This document shows positions 20,195-29,347 of a stretch of 64,000 nt of DNA, piece after piece. How positions within the stretch are numbered: position 1 is the first letter of the stretch; each line of letters starts with the position of its first letter. Location of the stretch: assembly GCA_965231215.1 (NCBI GenBank), contig OZ246423.1:800001-864000 (forward strand), in the 5' to 3' direction. The DNA is from Candidatus Altimarinota bacterium (lineage in GTDB: Bacteria; Patescibacteriota; Gracilibacteria; UBA4473). A program made the position numbers and the translations under genes. The notes beneath the pieces are model-generated. The model was not told the origin of the DNA. It saw only the letters and a program-made list of their open reading frames with translations, and searched no databases.

Positions 20195-21157
20195 CTATGT
20201 TAAGAAGTATCCACTTCCTCTCTTACACTTAATATAGTTAATATTTTTACCATCGGTGTCACCAAGCAAAGCGTTGAGTTTACACATAGCATCAGTTAAT
20301 CTTCGCTTTTTTTCTTTAACTTCCATTTTCTTTGGAAGTTTCATCAATTCAAATAGGTCATCGTAAATAATGGTGCTACCATTGGCTATAATTAGTTTTG
20401 CAAATATATTCCTCTTTGTCTCTGAAATTTCTATACGGTGGTTATCAAAAGTGACTTCGGTTGTATTCATTGAATCTATATGTGAACTAAGCCTCCCACT
20501 ATACAAAACGTGAAACCCCTTATAAATTAGAGGTTCTTTGTTTTCTGAAGCCAAAATTTTGGCACTAGTTTGTTCCAGAGTAAATTCAAGTTCGTTTAAC
20601 AGTCCTTGGTCTAATACCCTAGAAGTAATAGATACTTTAGATATTTTAATTCTTTGTTTTTCTTCTAGGTAAAAAATTAGCAAGTACCAGTTTATCCCAT
20701 TGGTGACTTCCTTAGGCAAGTTTCTAATACTAAACTGGTTCCCTAAAGAATCACCGATAGTTTTAAGAAGTTTGTTTGATGATTTAAATAAAGATTTCTT
20801 ACTATTAAGAGCTCTGGATTGGCTAACTTTTCGAGTTAGGTAGTTTGTACAACTTTCCCTAAAGTTTTTAGGCAGTTTTATACTAACAATCCTTTCGAAT
20901 TCGGCTCCAACATCAGCTATGTACTGAGGAGCTACATCTTTTTCAATCACCTGCAGGTCACTTTCTATACAGTTATTTCTTAATAAGTCTGGAAAGTTTT
21001 CCAGTGTTTCTGAAGCACCCAAAGTAGAAGTCGTCAGGCTAAATTCAAATTCTGTAATTTTCCCCCACCTACTCCTCTCTTTTATATCATACAAAAGAAT
21101 TAAAGGCGCTACACTATTAAAGCAAGATTCTAGGTGTTTAAACTCGTCATCACTCAT
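20195..21157 (-). CDS. protein with C-terminal OmpR/PhoB-type winged-helix domain
   Basis: FDNHRIEISETKRNIFAKLIIANGSTIIYDDLFE...LTDAMCKLNALLG...IKCKRGSGYFL. Confidence 0.7.
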   Translation of the reverse strand: MSDDEFKHLESCFNSVAPLILLYDIKERSRWGKITEFEFSLTTSTLGASETLENFPDLLRNNCIESDLQVIEKDVAPQYIADVGAEFERIVSIKLPKNFRESCTNYLTRKVSQSRALNSKKSLFKSSNKLLKTIGDSLGNQFSIRNLPKEVTNGINWYLLIFYLEEKQRIKISKVSITSRVLDQGLLNELEFTLEQTSAKILASENKEPLIYKGFHVLYSGRLSSHIDSMNTTEVTFDNHRIEISETKRNIFAKLIIANGSTIIYDDLFELMKLPKKMEVKEKKRRLTDAMCKLNALLGDTDGKNINYIKCKRGSGYFLT

Positions 21158-21687
21158 CAGTAATTAACTCTACCTCAAAAAGTTGAAAAAGTTAACAAAG
21201 ATGAAAAAGTGATTTCATTGGAAAAGTACAAAAATTTGGACTTATACGGTCATATAACCTAACCTTTGGGCTTATCCAATAAAACCTAACGCTTCAAATC
21301 AAAACAAATTTTAAAATAACTACACGCGCTCTTATTACCACAAAAAAATTGACATACCTCTTGGTGTGGCTTTTTTTTATTTGCATTGAGGGGAGAGCTC
21401 AAGTCCAGAGTTCGATACGAGGAGCAAGCATAACAACAAGGGCCCCCACAGGGGGTAGTTGGTTTTTCAAGACGCGTAGCGGTTTGTGCGAGGGGCGATG
21501 ACCATGAGTTTGATATTTCTAATTTAGATAAAGAGATATTCCTCCATTAATTTAATTCCTCGCTAGAAGGATCCTGTTTAGAACCGCTTACTTCCCACCC
21601 CCAAGGTTGGTAGGTCTAAAGGCGCCAAAATCTTGTTTTGATAAAGTTTAAGTTTTAACATGTGTATGATTCTTAACTTTTTAAAAA

Positions 21688-22128
21688 ATGAAAAAACAGG
21701 AAATAGCCCTCCCAATTCCCCAGTGCAATAGTATGGGGTTGGCCTTAACGCGGATAGGTGTAGGTCTCTTTTTTGCACTTTTTGGACTTATGAAATTTAT
21801 GGGAGCTCTAAAAAGTGACCCGCAATTATTCGGCATGGTAGAAGGTATTTTTGGGACAGGAGGTATGATGTTGACAGTGCTTGTTTGGGGACTGGTAGCG
21901 GCTGAACTTGGCGGCGGAATTATGGTCATTTTAGGAAAGCTAGTCCCTAAAATTATGTATCAACTTTCACTCGTTTCTTTTATAATCATTACGGTGATAG
22001 GCACTGTCTTTATGCACATGGGGAATGTTCCACAAATGCTCTGGCATGGAATGTTAATGCTTATTTTGGTAGGCCTTATTATGAGTGAACCTAAGTGTGC
22101 TTGTGGTATTACCGGAAGTAAAAAATAA
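21688..22128 (+). CDS. DoxX family membrane protein
   Basis: LTRIGVGLFFALFGLMKF...AELGGGIMVILG, four TM helices. Confidence 0.8.
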   Translation: MKKQEIALPIPQCNSMGLALTRIGVGLFFALFGLMKFMGALKSDPQLFGMVEGIFGTGGMMLTVLVWGLVAAELGGGIMVILGKLVPKIMYQLSLVSFIIITVIGTVFMHMGNVPQMLWHGMLMLILVGLIMSEPKCACGITGSKK

Positions 22129-22144
22129 CTCAATATTTAGATTT

Positions 22145-22179
22145 AAAAAAAGTGGCTTGTTTTGAGCCGCTTTTTTTTT
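22145..22179 (+). terminator. intrinsic terminator
   Basis: AAAAAAAGTGGCTT-GTTTT-GAGCCGCTTTTTTTTT. Confidence 0.65.
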
Positions 22180-22191
22180 ATGTTGGAGGGG

Positions 22192-22530
22192 ATGTTTATC
22201 TATGAATTAAACAATATTGAAGTCTGGGTTTACCTAGGGATAACTCCAGAAGAGCAAGGTTCAAAGCAAAAAGTTTTAATCTCTTTGGCTTTTGAATTTG
22301 ATGGTTCAAAAGCCGCTAAATCTGATGATATTAAAGAGACTCAAGATTATTTTTTAATTCAGCAGCATATCAAAAACTTCCCCAAAGAAAATACCTATGC
22401 CCTCTTAGAAAAGCTCCATAAAGATTTATCGGAGAGTCTGAACACCCTGTTTCCTGAAATCGTAATCAAAAATTTGAGTCTTGAAAAATTCCCATTTGAA
22501 GATGGATCTATAACCATAAAAACCCCTTGA
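22192..22530 (+). CDS. folB: dihydroneopterin aldolase
   Basis: LGITPEEQ, AAKSDDIKETQDY, YALLEKL, LEKFP motifs. Confidence 0.8.
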   Translation: MFIYELNNIEVWVYLGITPEEQGSKQKVLISLAFEFDGSKAAKSDDIKETQDYFLIQQHIKNFPKENTYALLEKLHKDLSESLNTLFPEIVIKNLSLEKFPFEDGSITIKTP

Positions 22531-22913
22531 AGGGTTCTTCTGGAACCATTCTCACACGTTAAATAGACCCGTTGACAATACTGTGTTTAAGGGGGGCTTC
22601 AGGAAATACTAAACCACCTCAAGGCACTCGAAGCGTCAAACAAAAAACCCCTCGCCAAGGTTGAAGGCCTTGGAAGTCAAAATGACGCAATTCTTAGCTG
22701 TATAAAAAAGTTACTCGCTTCTTCATTAAAACCTAATCACGGAGAGGACTAGTGTAATGCTGGTAATACCACTTATTTGCAAAAATTCTCCAATGCCGCA
22801 TAGCCTTCAGACTGGTAAAATTTCCCCAAAGTCAAACTTTTTTTGTCAATAAAATTTGACAAAATTGCAATTTTCCCTAGAAAATAGAGATACTTATCCT
22901 AATTTTTGCACAA

Positions 22914-23462
22914 ATGGGAATCAATGAAGGACGGCTTCCGGCAGACGAGGAAGTAGTAACTAGTGGCAAAAAAATTGCTAATCCCGCTGTTATGGTAGCA
23001 TTAGCAGGAGCTCTAACAGCGGCAACACCAGCCATAGCTGAAGACAAGACCGGCCAAGCCACGTTAGCAGCCGCTACCACAGAGACATCACAGCAAATTA
23101 CAGCCGCTACCCATTGCCCGACTTATGCCAGAGAAGGAAACACCCGCGCAGAAAAAAAAGCACGGCTTGTAGAATGTCGAACACATAAGCAACAGCTTGA
23201 AATTGCAGCACTGGACAATCGAATTGCGGAACTCCAATCATACATCACAGAACAAGGACTGGTTCTCAATAAGCTCCGTATTCTGAACGACAAAGGTGAA
23301 GAACTCGCTCGAATCGTGGAAGAAAATGGGCGACTGAGACTGGAAATTGGTGATATCAATGCAGAGATTAGTGGACTAAAGGCAAGTCAGGAAGCTACTC
23401 GACAACGTATTATAGCCACTCTTCAAAGGATTGATGCCTTCCTCGCTTCACGGCAAGGGTAG
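22914..23462 (+). CDS. hypothetical exported coiled-coil protein
   Basis: Delayed signal-like segment (AVMVALAGALTAATPAIA) followed by a heptad-rich region. Confidence 0.7.
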   Translation: MGINEGRLPADEEVVTSGKKIANPAVMVALAGALTAATPAIAEDKTGQATLAAATTETSQQITAATHCPTYAREGNTRAEKKARLVECRTHKQQLEIAALDNRIAELQSYITEQGLVLNKLRILNDKGEELARIVEENGRLRLEIGDINAEISGLKASQEATRQRIIATLQRIDAFLASRQG

Positions 23463-23526
23463 AAATTTCGTAAACATTTGAATTTATGGCTTATTTCTGG
23501 TATACTAACCAGAGTATTTTTTATGC

Positions 23527-25503
23527 ATGAGTGCAGAAAGACCTGGTGACAATGAACGACCTCCGTCAAAACCACCTCGTGGTAACGGTGATGAAAACGA
23601 GGGGCTCAATAATCCAGAAGATCATCGTCATGTGATCCAAATTTTGCAAGATCCAGCATTTGGACTTCAAAATTACCTCCAGGGAATGGACACCCTCAGT
23701 CCACAGGAAGTGGCAAAGATCTGGAACGGCGAAAACCTCACCATGCTTCGGGGTTTCCCCACCAAAGGCACCCCAGATGAAAAAAACGCCTATTTAGCTG
23801 AAAACCCAAACCTGCAAAGCCTGATTGATCAGACTCGGCAAATTCTGTCGAAACGAGCTGAAGACGAAAAAGCCAGGAATCCAGAACCAACAGAAGACCT
23901 GGACGCCGCATTAGCGCAAGACCTTGATGGAGTTGCTGATCCCGACAAACCTGATGCCAATGAAGCCGCAGAAACCCCAGACCAACGAAATAAGCGTTTA
24001 GAAAATTATGTCGCAGAATATTTCAAAGAAGAATGTCCTGCAGAATTTCGCAATGAGGCGGCTGGAGTTTGTATGGCATATGAAACCGAATTGCGTGAGA
24101 CATTTGAAGAACCTGAACTTGAATTGACCGAAGAAGACATAGCTGATGTCAAACCGCAGGTGATCAATGCTGTAACCACAGCAAAGAGAGAGAAAACGGT
24201 TACGGACTTGGAAACCACTGCTGCCGAAATCCCAAAAGCAAAAGAAGCAGAAATTGCCAGATCGGAACAAATCGATGCACGGGTTAAAGCTGCCACCGGT
24301 ACAGATTTAGGACTGAGCCAAGGGCTCAACAACCCAGGCCTGAAACCGGCTGACATAGATAGTAAAATTTCCACCGTTGATACGGCCACAGCTAAGGCTC
24401 GGGATGAAAACGAATATCTAAAGAAAAAAAAGGAAGATAAGATCGAACAAAGAGATCAAGAAAAAGTCAAAGATCAGAATTTGAAGGAAAAAGCTGAAGA
24501 AGTTTCAGATGATGAAAAAATCCTTGCAAAAGAATATGATAGACTTCTGGATTCTGGAATAGGCCAAGCTGCCACCCTCAAGCAATTGATGGGTATGGTG
24601 AAAAGTCCAGAAGTCAAAGCCAGACTACAAAACTTCCTCAATATGGTGGGGCAACTGCAAACCGTCCTACCGGTAAAATCGGGCATCGTGACGAAGTACT
24701 TGAACGCATCAAAACTCAATCTGGGTTCAACGTCAGTGGTAGCCGCATTCGCGCCATTCATTGCCCAAATTGATGCCGCTCCGGATTTGACCGACGAAGA
24801 CAAAGACACCATCCGTAAAGCGCTTCACCATCAACCAAACAATTCTCGTGATGCTCAATCGGCCATCCTACAGGGACGGGGCGTAGAAACCGATCCAGAA
24901 ACCGGCAAAGTTACCAAGCTTCCTTATGACAAAGATCATCCATTGGAGCTCGAAGGAGGTGGAGTGATGTATTCAGACAACGGAGCTTTGGTGGTAGCCA
25001 CAGAAGACGGTTGGACGTACCGAGTTGATGGTGGAATTTTACCAGGTGATCTGACGCGGATTGTGAGTTTTGGAAAGGATCAACATAAGTTCAAGTCTGC
25101 TGGAATTGAAGATTTCATGGGCTTCAAGTTTGGTCTTCACAAACCGGAAAAGCATCTCAAACAGTTTCAGGATATCAAAAATCAACTGTTGGGTGGTTCT
25201 CGTGGATTGGAAGGCACTTATGCTTCCGAGAGAGATTCACACCGATATATGCACATTGTGAAATTCATCAGCCATTTTGGAGAAAGCCCGGTCAAAGTGA
25301 ACGAGGGCACAATGGCCAAAAGCATGAAAGGTCTGGGCCTAACACCACAGGGTATTTTGGAGGTCGATAACGCTGTTCTCAAAGAGATCGGGGCGTTTTT
25401 TCAGGAATCTCCCACGGCCCACGGTGAGGAATCTTATAAGGTTCTGCAAAAGCGGCTGATCGACAAAGGATTGATTGATTCGAGTTTAGCTCACACGGAA
25501 TAG
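23527..25503 (+). CDS. hypothetical acidic/charged protein
   Basis: 658-aa ORF with a disordered N-terminus; TATACT upstream. Confidence 0.75.
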   Translation: MSAERPGDNERPPSKPPRGNGDENEGLNNPEDHRHVIQILQDPAFGLQNYLQGMDTLSPQEVAKIWNGENLTMLRGFPTKGTPDEKNAYLAENPNLQSLIDQTRQILSKRAEDEKARNPEPTEDLDAALAQDLDGVADPDKPDANEAAETPDQRNKRLENYVAEYFKEECPAEFRNEAAGVCMAYETELRETFEEPELELTEEDIADVKPQVINAVTTAKREKTVTDLETTAAEIPKAKEAEIARSEQIDARVKAATGTDLGLSQGLNNPGLKPADIDSKISTVDTATAKARDENEYLKKKKEDKIEQRDQEKVKDQNLKEKAEEVSDDEKILAKEYDRLLDSGIGQAATLKQLMGMVKSPEVKARLQNFLNMVGQLQTVLPVKSGIVTKYLNASKLNLGSTSVVAAFAPFIAQIDAAPDLTDEDKDTIRKALHHQPNNSRDAQSAILQGRGVETDPETGKVTKLPYDKDHPLELEGGGVMYSDNGALVVATEDGWTYRVDGGILPGDLTRIVSFGKDQHKFKSAGIEDFMGFKFGLHKPEKHLKQFQDIKNQLLGGSRGLEGTYASERDSHRYMHIVKFISHFGESPVKVNEGTMAKSMKGLGLTPQGILEVDNAVLKEIGAFFQESPTAHGEESYKVLQKRLIDKGLIDSSLAHTE

Positions 25504-26100
25504 ATAATTCGAGAGAATAAAGGAAACAGATTTATTTTTCTAGAGGCACATTTAATCTGCTTTTAATTAAATTTATCCCTTTTTATATAACGATCTTTGA
25601 ACGAAAATTATTAATTTCAAATTGTACACTGGGGCTGCTGTCTTTATCAACTTCCTTCGACGTAAAATCCAAAGGCTCCCTTTTCCAGCTCTTCAATCTT
25701 ATGGCGCATCAAATCAGGCTGGAAATCCGTTCGGTTTAAAATCAATTCAAAGAATTGAAAGCATCATCATTACTCAAATAAATTTCTGTTATCTGATCGT
25801 CTGATAAAAATTCCAAAAACAATGATTTGAGAGAGCTTTCCTGGATTTTAGAACAAAAAACAAAATTGTTTTTCAGGTCAATTTCTGATTAATTCGGATC
25901 AGTCACAACGGTATTTTCTAAAGCGTATAGCCTACCGCCCCTCCTTTCGATCTGAGGATTGCAATGGGATGGTACCCCCCAACCGTAAATATTTCGATGT
26001 CCGAAATCTGGTTTGTTTTCAATAAGCAGAGAGGTTTTTGAACCTCAAAGCAGCCTCAAACTTGCTTTTTAAGTACCTATTTTCGAACGTTCTTCGTTCA

Positions 26101-26177
26101 TGGAGCCACCTGTCGGAATCGAACCGACGACCTGCGGGTTACAAATCCGCTGCTCTAGCCAGCTGAGCTAAGGTGGC
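26101..26177 (-). tRNA. tRNA-Thr (UGU)
   Basis: Reverse complement GCCACCT...GCGGA-TTTGTAA-CCCGC...GGTTCGATTCC...AGGTGGC-T-CCA. Confidence 0.95.
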
Positions 26178-26346
26178 CCGTTGTTGGTTACTTTCTATAC
26201 TTTAGAATCTCACTTTGTTTGATAACTGTGTATACAGTGGTAACCGCCGCTTCTCTTCACAAAAGTAGACCTTCGCTTTCCGCTTTTGCAAAGCCAAAAC
26301 AGATTAAAAATAAATTTTTAAAACGCAAATTTTGATGCTAGATTTT

Positions 26347-26556
26347 TTAGCTAGCCGCTTGTCCAACTTCTTTACCAGCCCAAGCTCCAATCACCGTCCC
26401 GCCTAGCACAGCGGCTATTTTGCCCAAAATAGACCCCGTAGCTTCGGCCACATCTAACCCCGCAATTAACCCGAGAGCGGCTCCAGCGTATTTGCCAGCC
26501 GTTTCAAGCACAGAGCCACTTTCATGAATGTTTAGAACTGATTCTGAGTGAGACAT
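26347..26556 (-). CDS. small glycine-zipper membrane protein
   Basis: GAALGLIAG...GGTVIGAWAGKEVG GxxxG repeats; starts 2 nt after the femX-like stop. Confidence 0.65.
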   Translation of the reverse strand: MSHSESVLNIHESGSVLETAGKYAGAALGLIAGLDVAEATGSILGKIAAVLGGTVIGAWAGKEVGQAAS

Positions 26557-26558
26557 GA

Positions 26559-27596
26559 TTATTTTTTTATAGCTTTAGCAATCTTATAACATGAATGCCA
26601 AAATTTGTCTAGTGTTATTTCTTTTCCGGCAGCGTAAGTATCCCTGTAACCTCCAAATCTGGTTTTGAATTGGGTTATTCCAGCATAAGGATGATGCGGT
26701 TCATTTTCTGGGGTGATGCCGGTAAAGTCATAGGTTTTACAGCCTTTTTGTTTGGCGACTTTAATCATTTCCCACTGAAGCAAATAAGGCGCTCGCAGAT
26801 CTCTAAATTGAGACTCAGAGCTTGAAGCTCCGAAATAATAAATGGCCTTGTCATGGCAAAAAGTATTGATAGCTGTGGCTATTGGATGTCCCTGGTAGTA
26901 GGCAAAAAATAATTGGGTATAAGGAGCCAATTTTTTTACAAACTGAAAGTAGTAGTTTTGCTCATGGCCAGAGAACCCATCGCGAATGGTCGTTTCTTGA
27001 TTTAGGGTATAAAAATCCTGAAGGTCTTTGGCTGTTAAATTTTCAGGGGTAATGGACCGAATTTTTATCCCCGCATTTTGAGCTTTTTTTAGGTTTCGGC
27101 GTCCTGTGCGTTTCATTTGTGCCAGTATTTCATCTTCACTCATTTCAAGGTTGAGCAGAAGCGAATCTGTAGGCTGAAAATTTTTGGTGGCAGATGTATA
27201 GGCTACGCCTAAGTTGTGGTATTCACTTTCGGTAAAATACGGATCAATACGCCAAAAAATTCCTTTCTTTTCTTTGAGCGTTTTTTGCATTGTGTTAATG
27301 AGTAAAAGGCCCGCTGCTTTGTGTTTTTCCGTATCAAAAACGGGCCCTCTGGCTGAATAGTACCAGTGCGTATTTAGAAGTCCGGTTTCCATCCTTACCG
27401 CTAAACACGCGGCCTGTATTTCATTAGTTGGAGTATGCTTAACGCCTAAACCAATAACCTCCCCTCTCCCTGGGATAGCGCTCTGGAAATGGCTCCAAGT
27501 GGAACTCTGATGAATAGAGCCTTTAGGGGAACTAAAAATAAAATCATCCCATAGGTGGGCACTGTTTTTATCTAGTTCAAAAATTTCCAAAGCCAT
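26559..27596 (-). CDS. FemAB/FemX family peptidoglycan peptidyl transferase
   Basis: YSARGPV, LLNLEMSEDEILAQMK, YYFGASS, APYLLQWEMIKVAK, YDFTGI, FKTRFGG. Confidence 0.9.
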   Translation of the reverse strand: MALEIFELDKNSAHLWDDFIFSSPKGSIHQSSTWSHFQSAIPGRGEVIGLGVKHTPTNEIQAACLAVRMETGLLNTHWYYSARGPVFDTEKHKAAGLLLINTMQKTLKEKKGIFWRIDPYFTESEYHNLGVAYTSATKNFQPTDSLLLNLEMSEDEILAQMKRTGRRNLKKAQNAGIKIRSITPENLTAKDLQDFYTLNQETTIRDGFSGHEQNYYFQFVKKLAPYTQLFFAYYQGHPIATAINTFCHDKAIYYFGASSSESQFRDLRAPYLLQWEMIKVAKQKGCKTYDFTGITPENEPHHPYAGITQFKTRFGGYRDTYAAGKEITLDKFWHSCYKIAKAIKK

Positions 27597-27729
27597 AAAA
27601 ATTACTGAAAAACTAAAAATTTCTTTGTCCGTTTCAAAATATCTTCGAACACGGACAAAGTAAATACGCTTTTCTGTGGTATTTTTTCCCCTCCTTGAAA
27701 TTTTTGTTTTCGAGTCATTTTACTTATCA

Positions 27730-29235
27730 CTACTGGCTGAGGTCTATGGGCGTATACACAATTTTAATTTCGGTTTCGCTTTGAGTGCTGTCAGGGCCAA
27801 AGGCCACAACCTTATACAGGTTTTCCCCTTCTTTCATATTTCCATAGTTAGCATTAGCGATATAAGAAAACGCCGTGTCTCCAGGTTTGAATTTTCTGAG
27901 TCTGAATCCATTTACTTCAACGGCATTAGTACCGCGAGGCACCGTTCCGGCAAAGGTTACCACTGTAGCAGAAGTTTCATATGTGGCACTTGGGTTATCG
28001 GTAAATATAGCGGGCCTCGTGACGACGGGGGGAGGGAATGTGCTTTGAGTTTCAGTTGTAGAGTCATTACTGGTTTCTGGAGTTACGCCTTCATAATTAA
28101 TAGTAACTTTAGCTGGCGTAGATTTTTTTCCTTCACGTGAAATAGCCATAACGCTATATTGGTTAGTTCCAGATTTAAGGGTTCCAAATTTGGTCGCCGC
28201 AAAATAACTCCACTTCCGGTCACCTGGTTGGAATTTGGAAAGGGTGTATCCGTTTACCTGAATTTGAAAGGCTTCTACTGGGGCAGTTCCTTCAATTTTT
28301 ACCAAATCCACTGTCGCTGGAACGGTTTCGCCTTCAGCAGGCGAAAGAATGGTTACCGATGGAATTTCTCCAACAATTTCTTCCGTATTTTCTTCGCTTG
28401 CTTCACTGTCGGTATCATTAGTCACGGGGGGAGTTTGAACTTCAATCTTACTTTTTATGTCGTTGGCTTCTTCTGGGAAAAAGACCATTAGATTGTCCAA
28501 ATGCCAGGAAGACTCAATGAATTCGTTAGGGATAATGTTAATCACATCCACTCCCGAATCGAGTTTGGCCGTTAAGCTATCATCCACAATAAGCTCTTGG
28601 CCTACTCCAAGTTCCAAAGTCTGAGTTACTTCGCCTTCTGAATCCAAAATATCTACTTCGGCTTTTCCTTTGATGAGTTTTACGGTGTCAGCCTCGCTTG
28701 ACGAAGTTATGTTTATAATGGTTCCCTTTATGTGCGCTACCAATCTTTTCGTTTTAAATTGAAAATCGGCTAAATCAGCATCCTGAAATTGAGCACTATC
28801 AATCCGAGCCCAGATTTGGCCTTGATCTAAATATAGGTGTGAGGTTTTCTTGCCAGAAGATTTTTTTGATAAAGCTTCGAAAGTCAGTTCAGATTGTTGA
28901 TCTAAAAAGAGGGTGTTTTGAGTCAGAAACCCTAATTTTACCTTACTATTTTTGACTGTTTTTATTTGATCCCCTTCTACAAAAGTTTGTCCAGTAAAAG
29001 CAGGAGTCCAACTACTGTCTTCTTGTGAGAGTTTAAATTCAGCTCGTCCTTTTAAAATTTCTAAATCGCTGGAAGCAATTTCAGTCCGTACCGTAGAGAA
29101 AAGGAGCGAGAAAAATTGAAACAACACCCAAAAGAAAAAACTCAAAACCCCCACAAAGACGAGAAAAGGAATCCAATTTTTCTTCTGTCTCCTATGTGAA
29201 AAACGACGACGACTTCGGCGTGAGTAGGGATGCAT
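27730..29235 (-). CDS. FecR-domain membrane-anchored protein with C-terminal Ig-like repeats
   Basis: Arg-rich N-terminus + TM; GDQIKT, LDQGQIWARI, VAHIKGT FecR motifs; duplicated VNG(Y/F)xLxKFxPGD unit. Confidence 0.75.
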   Translation of the reverse strand: MHPYSRRSRRRFSHRRQKKNWIPFLVFVGVLSFFFWVLFQFFSLLFSTVRTEIASSDLEILKGRAEFKLSQEDSSWTPAFTGQTFVEGDQIKTVKNSKVKLGFLTQNTLFLDQQSELTFEALSKKSSGKKTSHLYLDQGQIWARIDSAQFQDADLADFQFKTKRLVAHIKGTIINITSSSEADTVKLIKGKAEVDILDSEGEVTQTLELGVGQELIVDDSLTAKLDSGVDVINIIPNEFIESSWHLDNLMVFFPEEANDIKSKIEVQTPPVTNDTDSEASEENTEEIVGEIPSVTILSPAEGETVPATVDLVKIEGTAPVEAFQIQVNGYTLSKFQPGDRKWSYFAATKFGTLKSGTNQYSVMAISREGKKSTPAKVTINYEGVTPETSNDSTTETQSTFPPPVVTRPAIFTDNPSATYETSATVVTFAGTVPRGTNAVEVNGFRLRKFKPGDTAFSYIANANYGNMKEGENLYKVVAFGPDSTQSETEIKIVYTPIDLSQ

Positions 29236-29347
29236 CCAAATGCTATTGTGAAAAAAAAGTTTAATTTGGCAAGTTTTTTCGATGACTCAGACGCGCATTT
29301 CTTTGCATGGATAAATTTCAAGACATATAATGATCTAGAAAATAAAT

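Larger units (their letters stand above)
12220..21603. mobile_element. integrative island at the tRNA-Lys 3' end (serine + tyrosine recombinases, HTH proteins, cargo ORFs)
   Basis: Serine recombinase abuts the tRNA; CCCACCC-ACCA (12220-12230) recurs as CCCACCC-CCA (21594-21603); only accessory genes lie between; housekeeping-type genes resume after 21688. Confidence 0.75.

Noticed and set aside
12231-21600. Prophage interpretation of the island
   Set aside because: No terminase, capsid, tail or lysis genes.
22530-22810. Possible ncRNA or pseudogene after folB
   Set aside because: No recognisable RNA family motif or coherent reading frame could be supported by eye.
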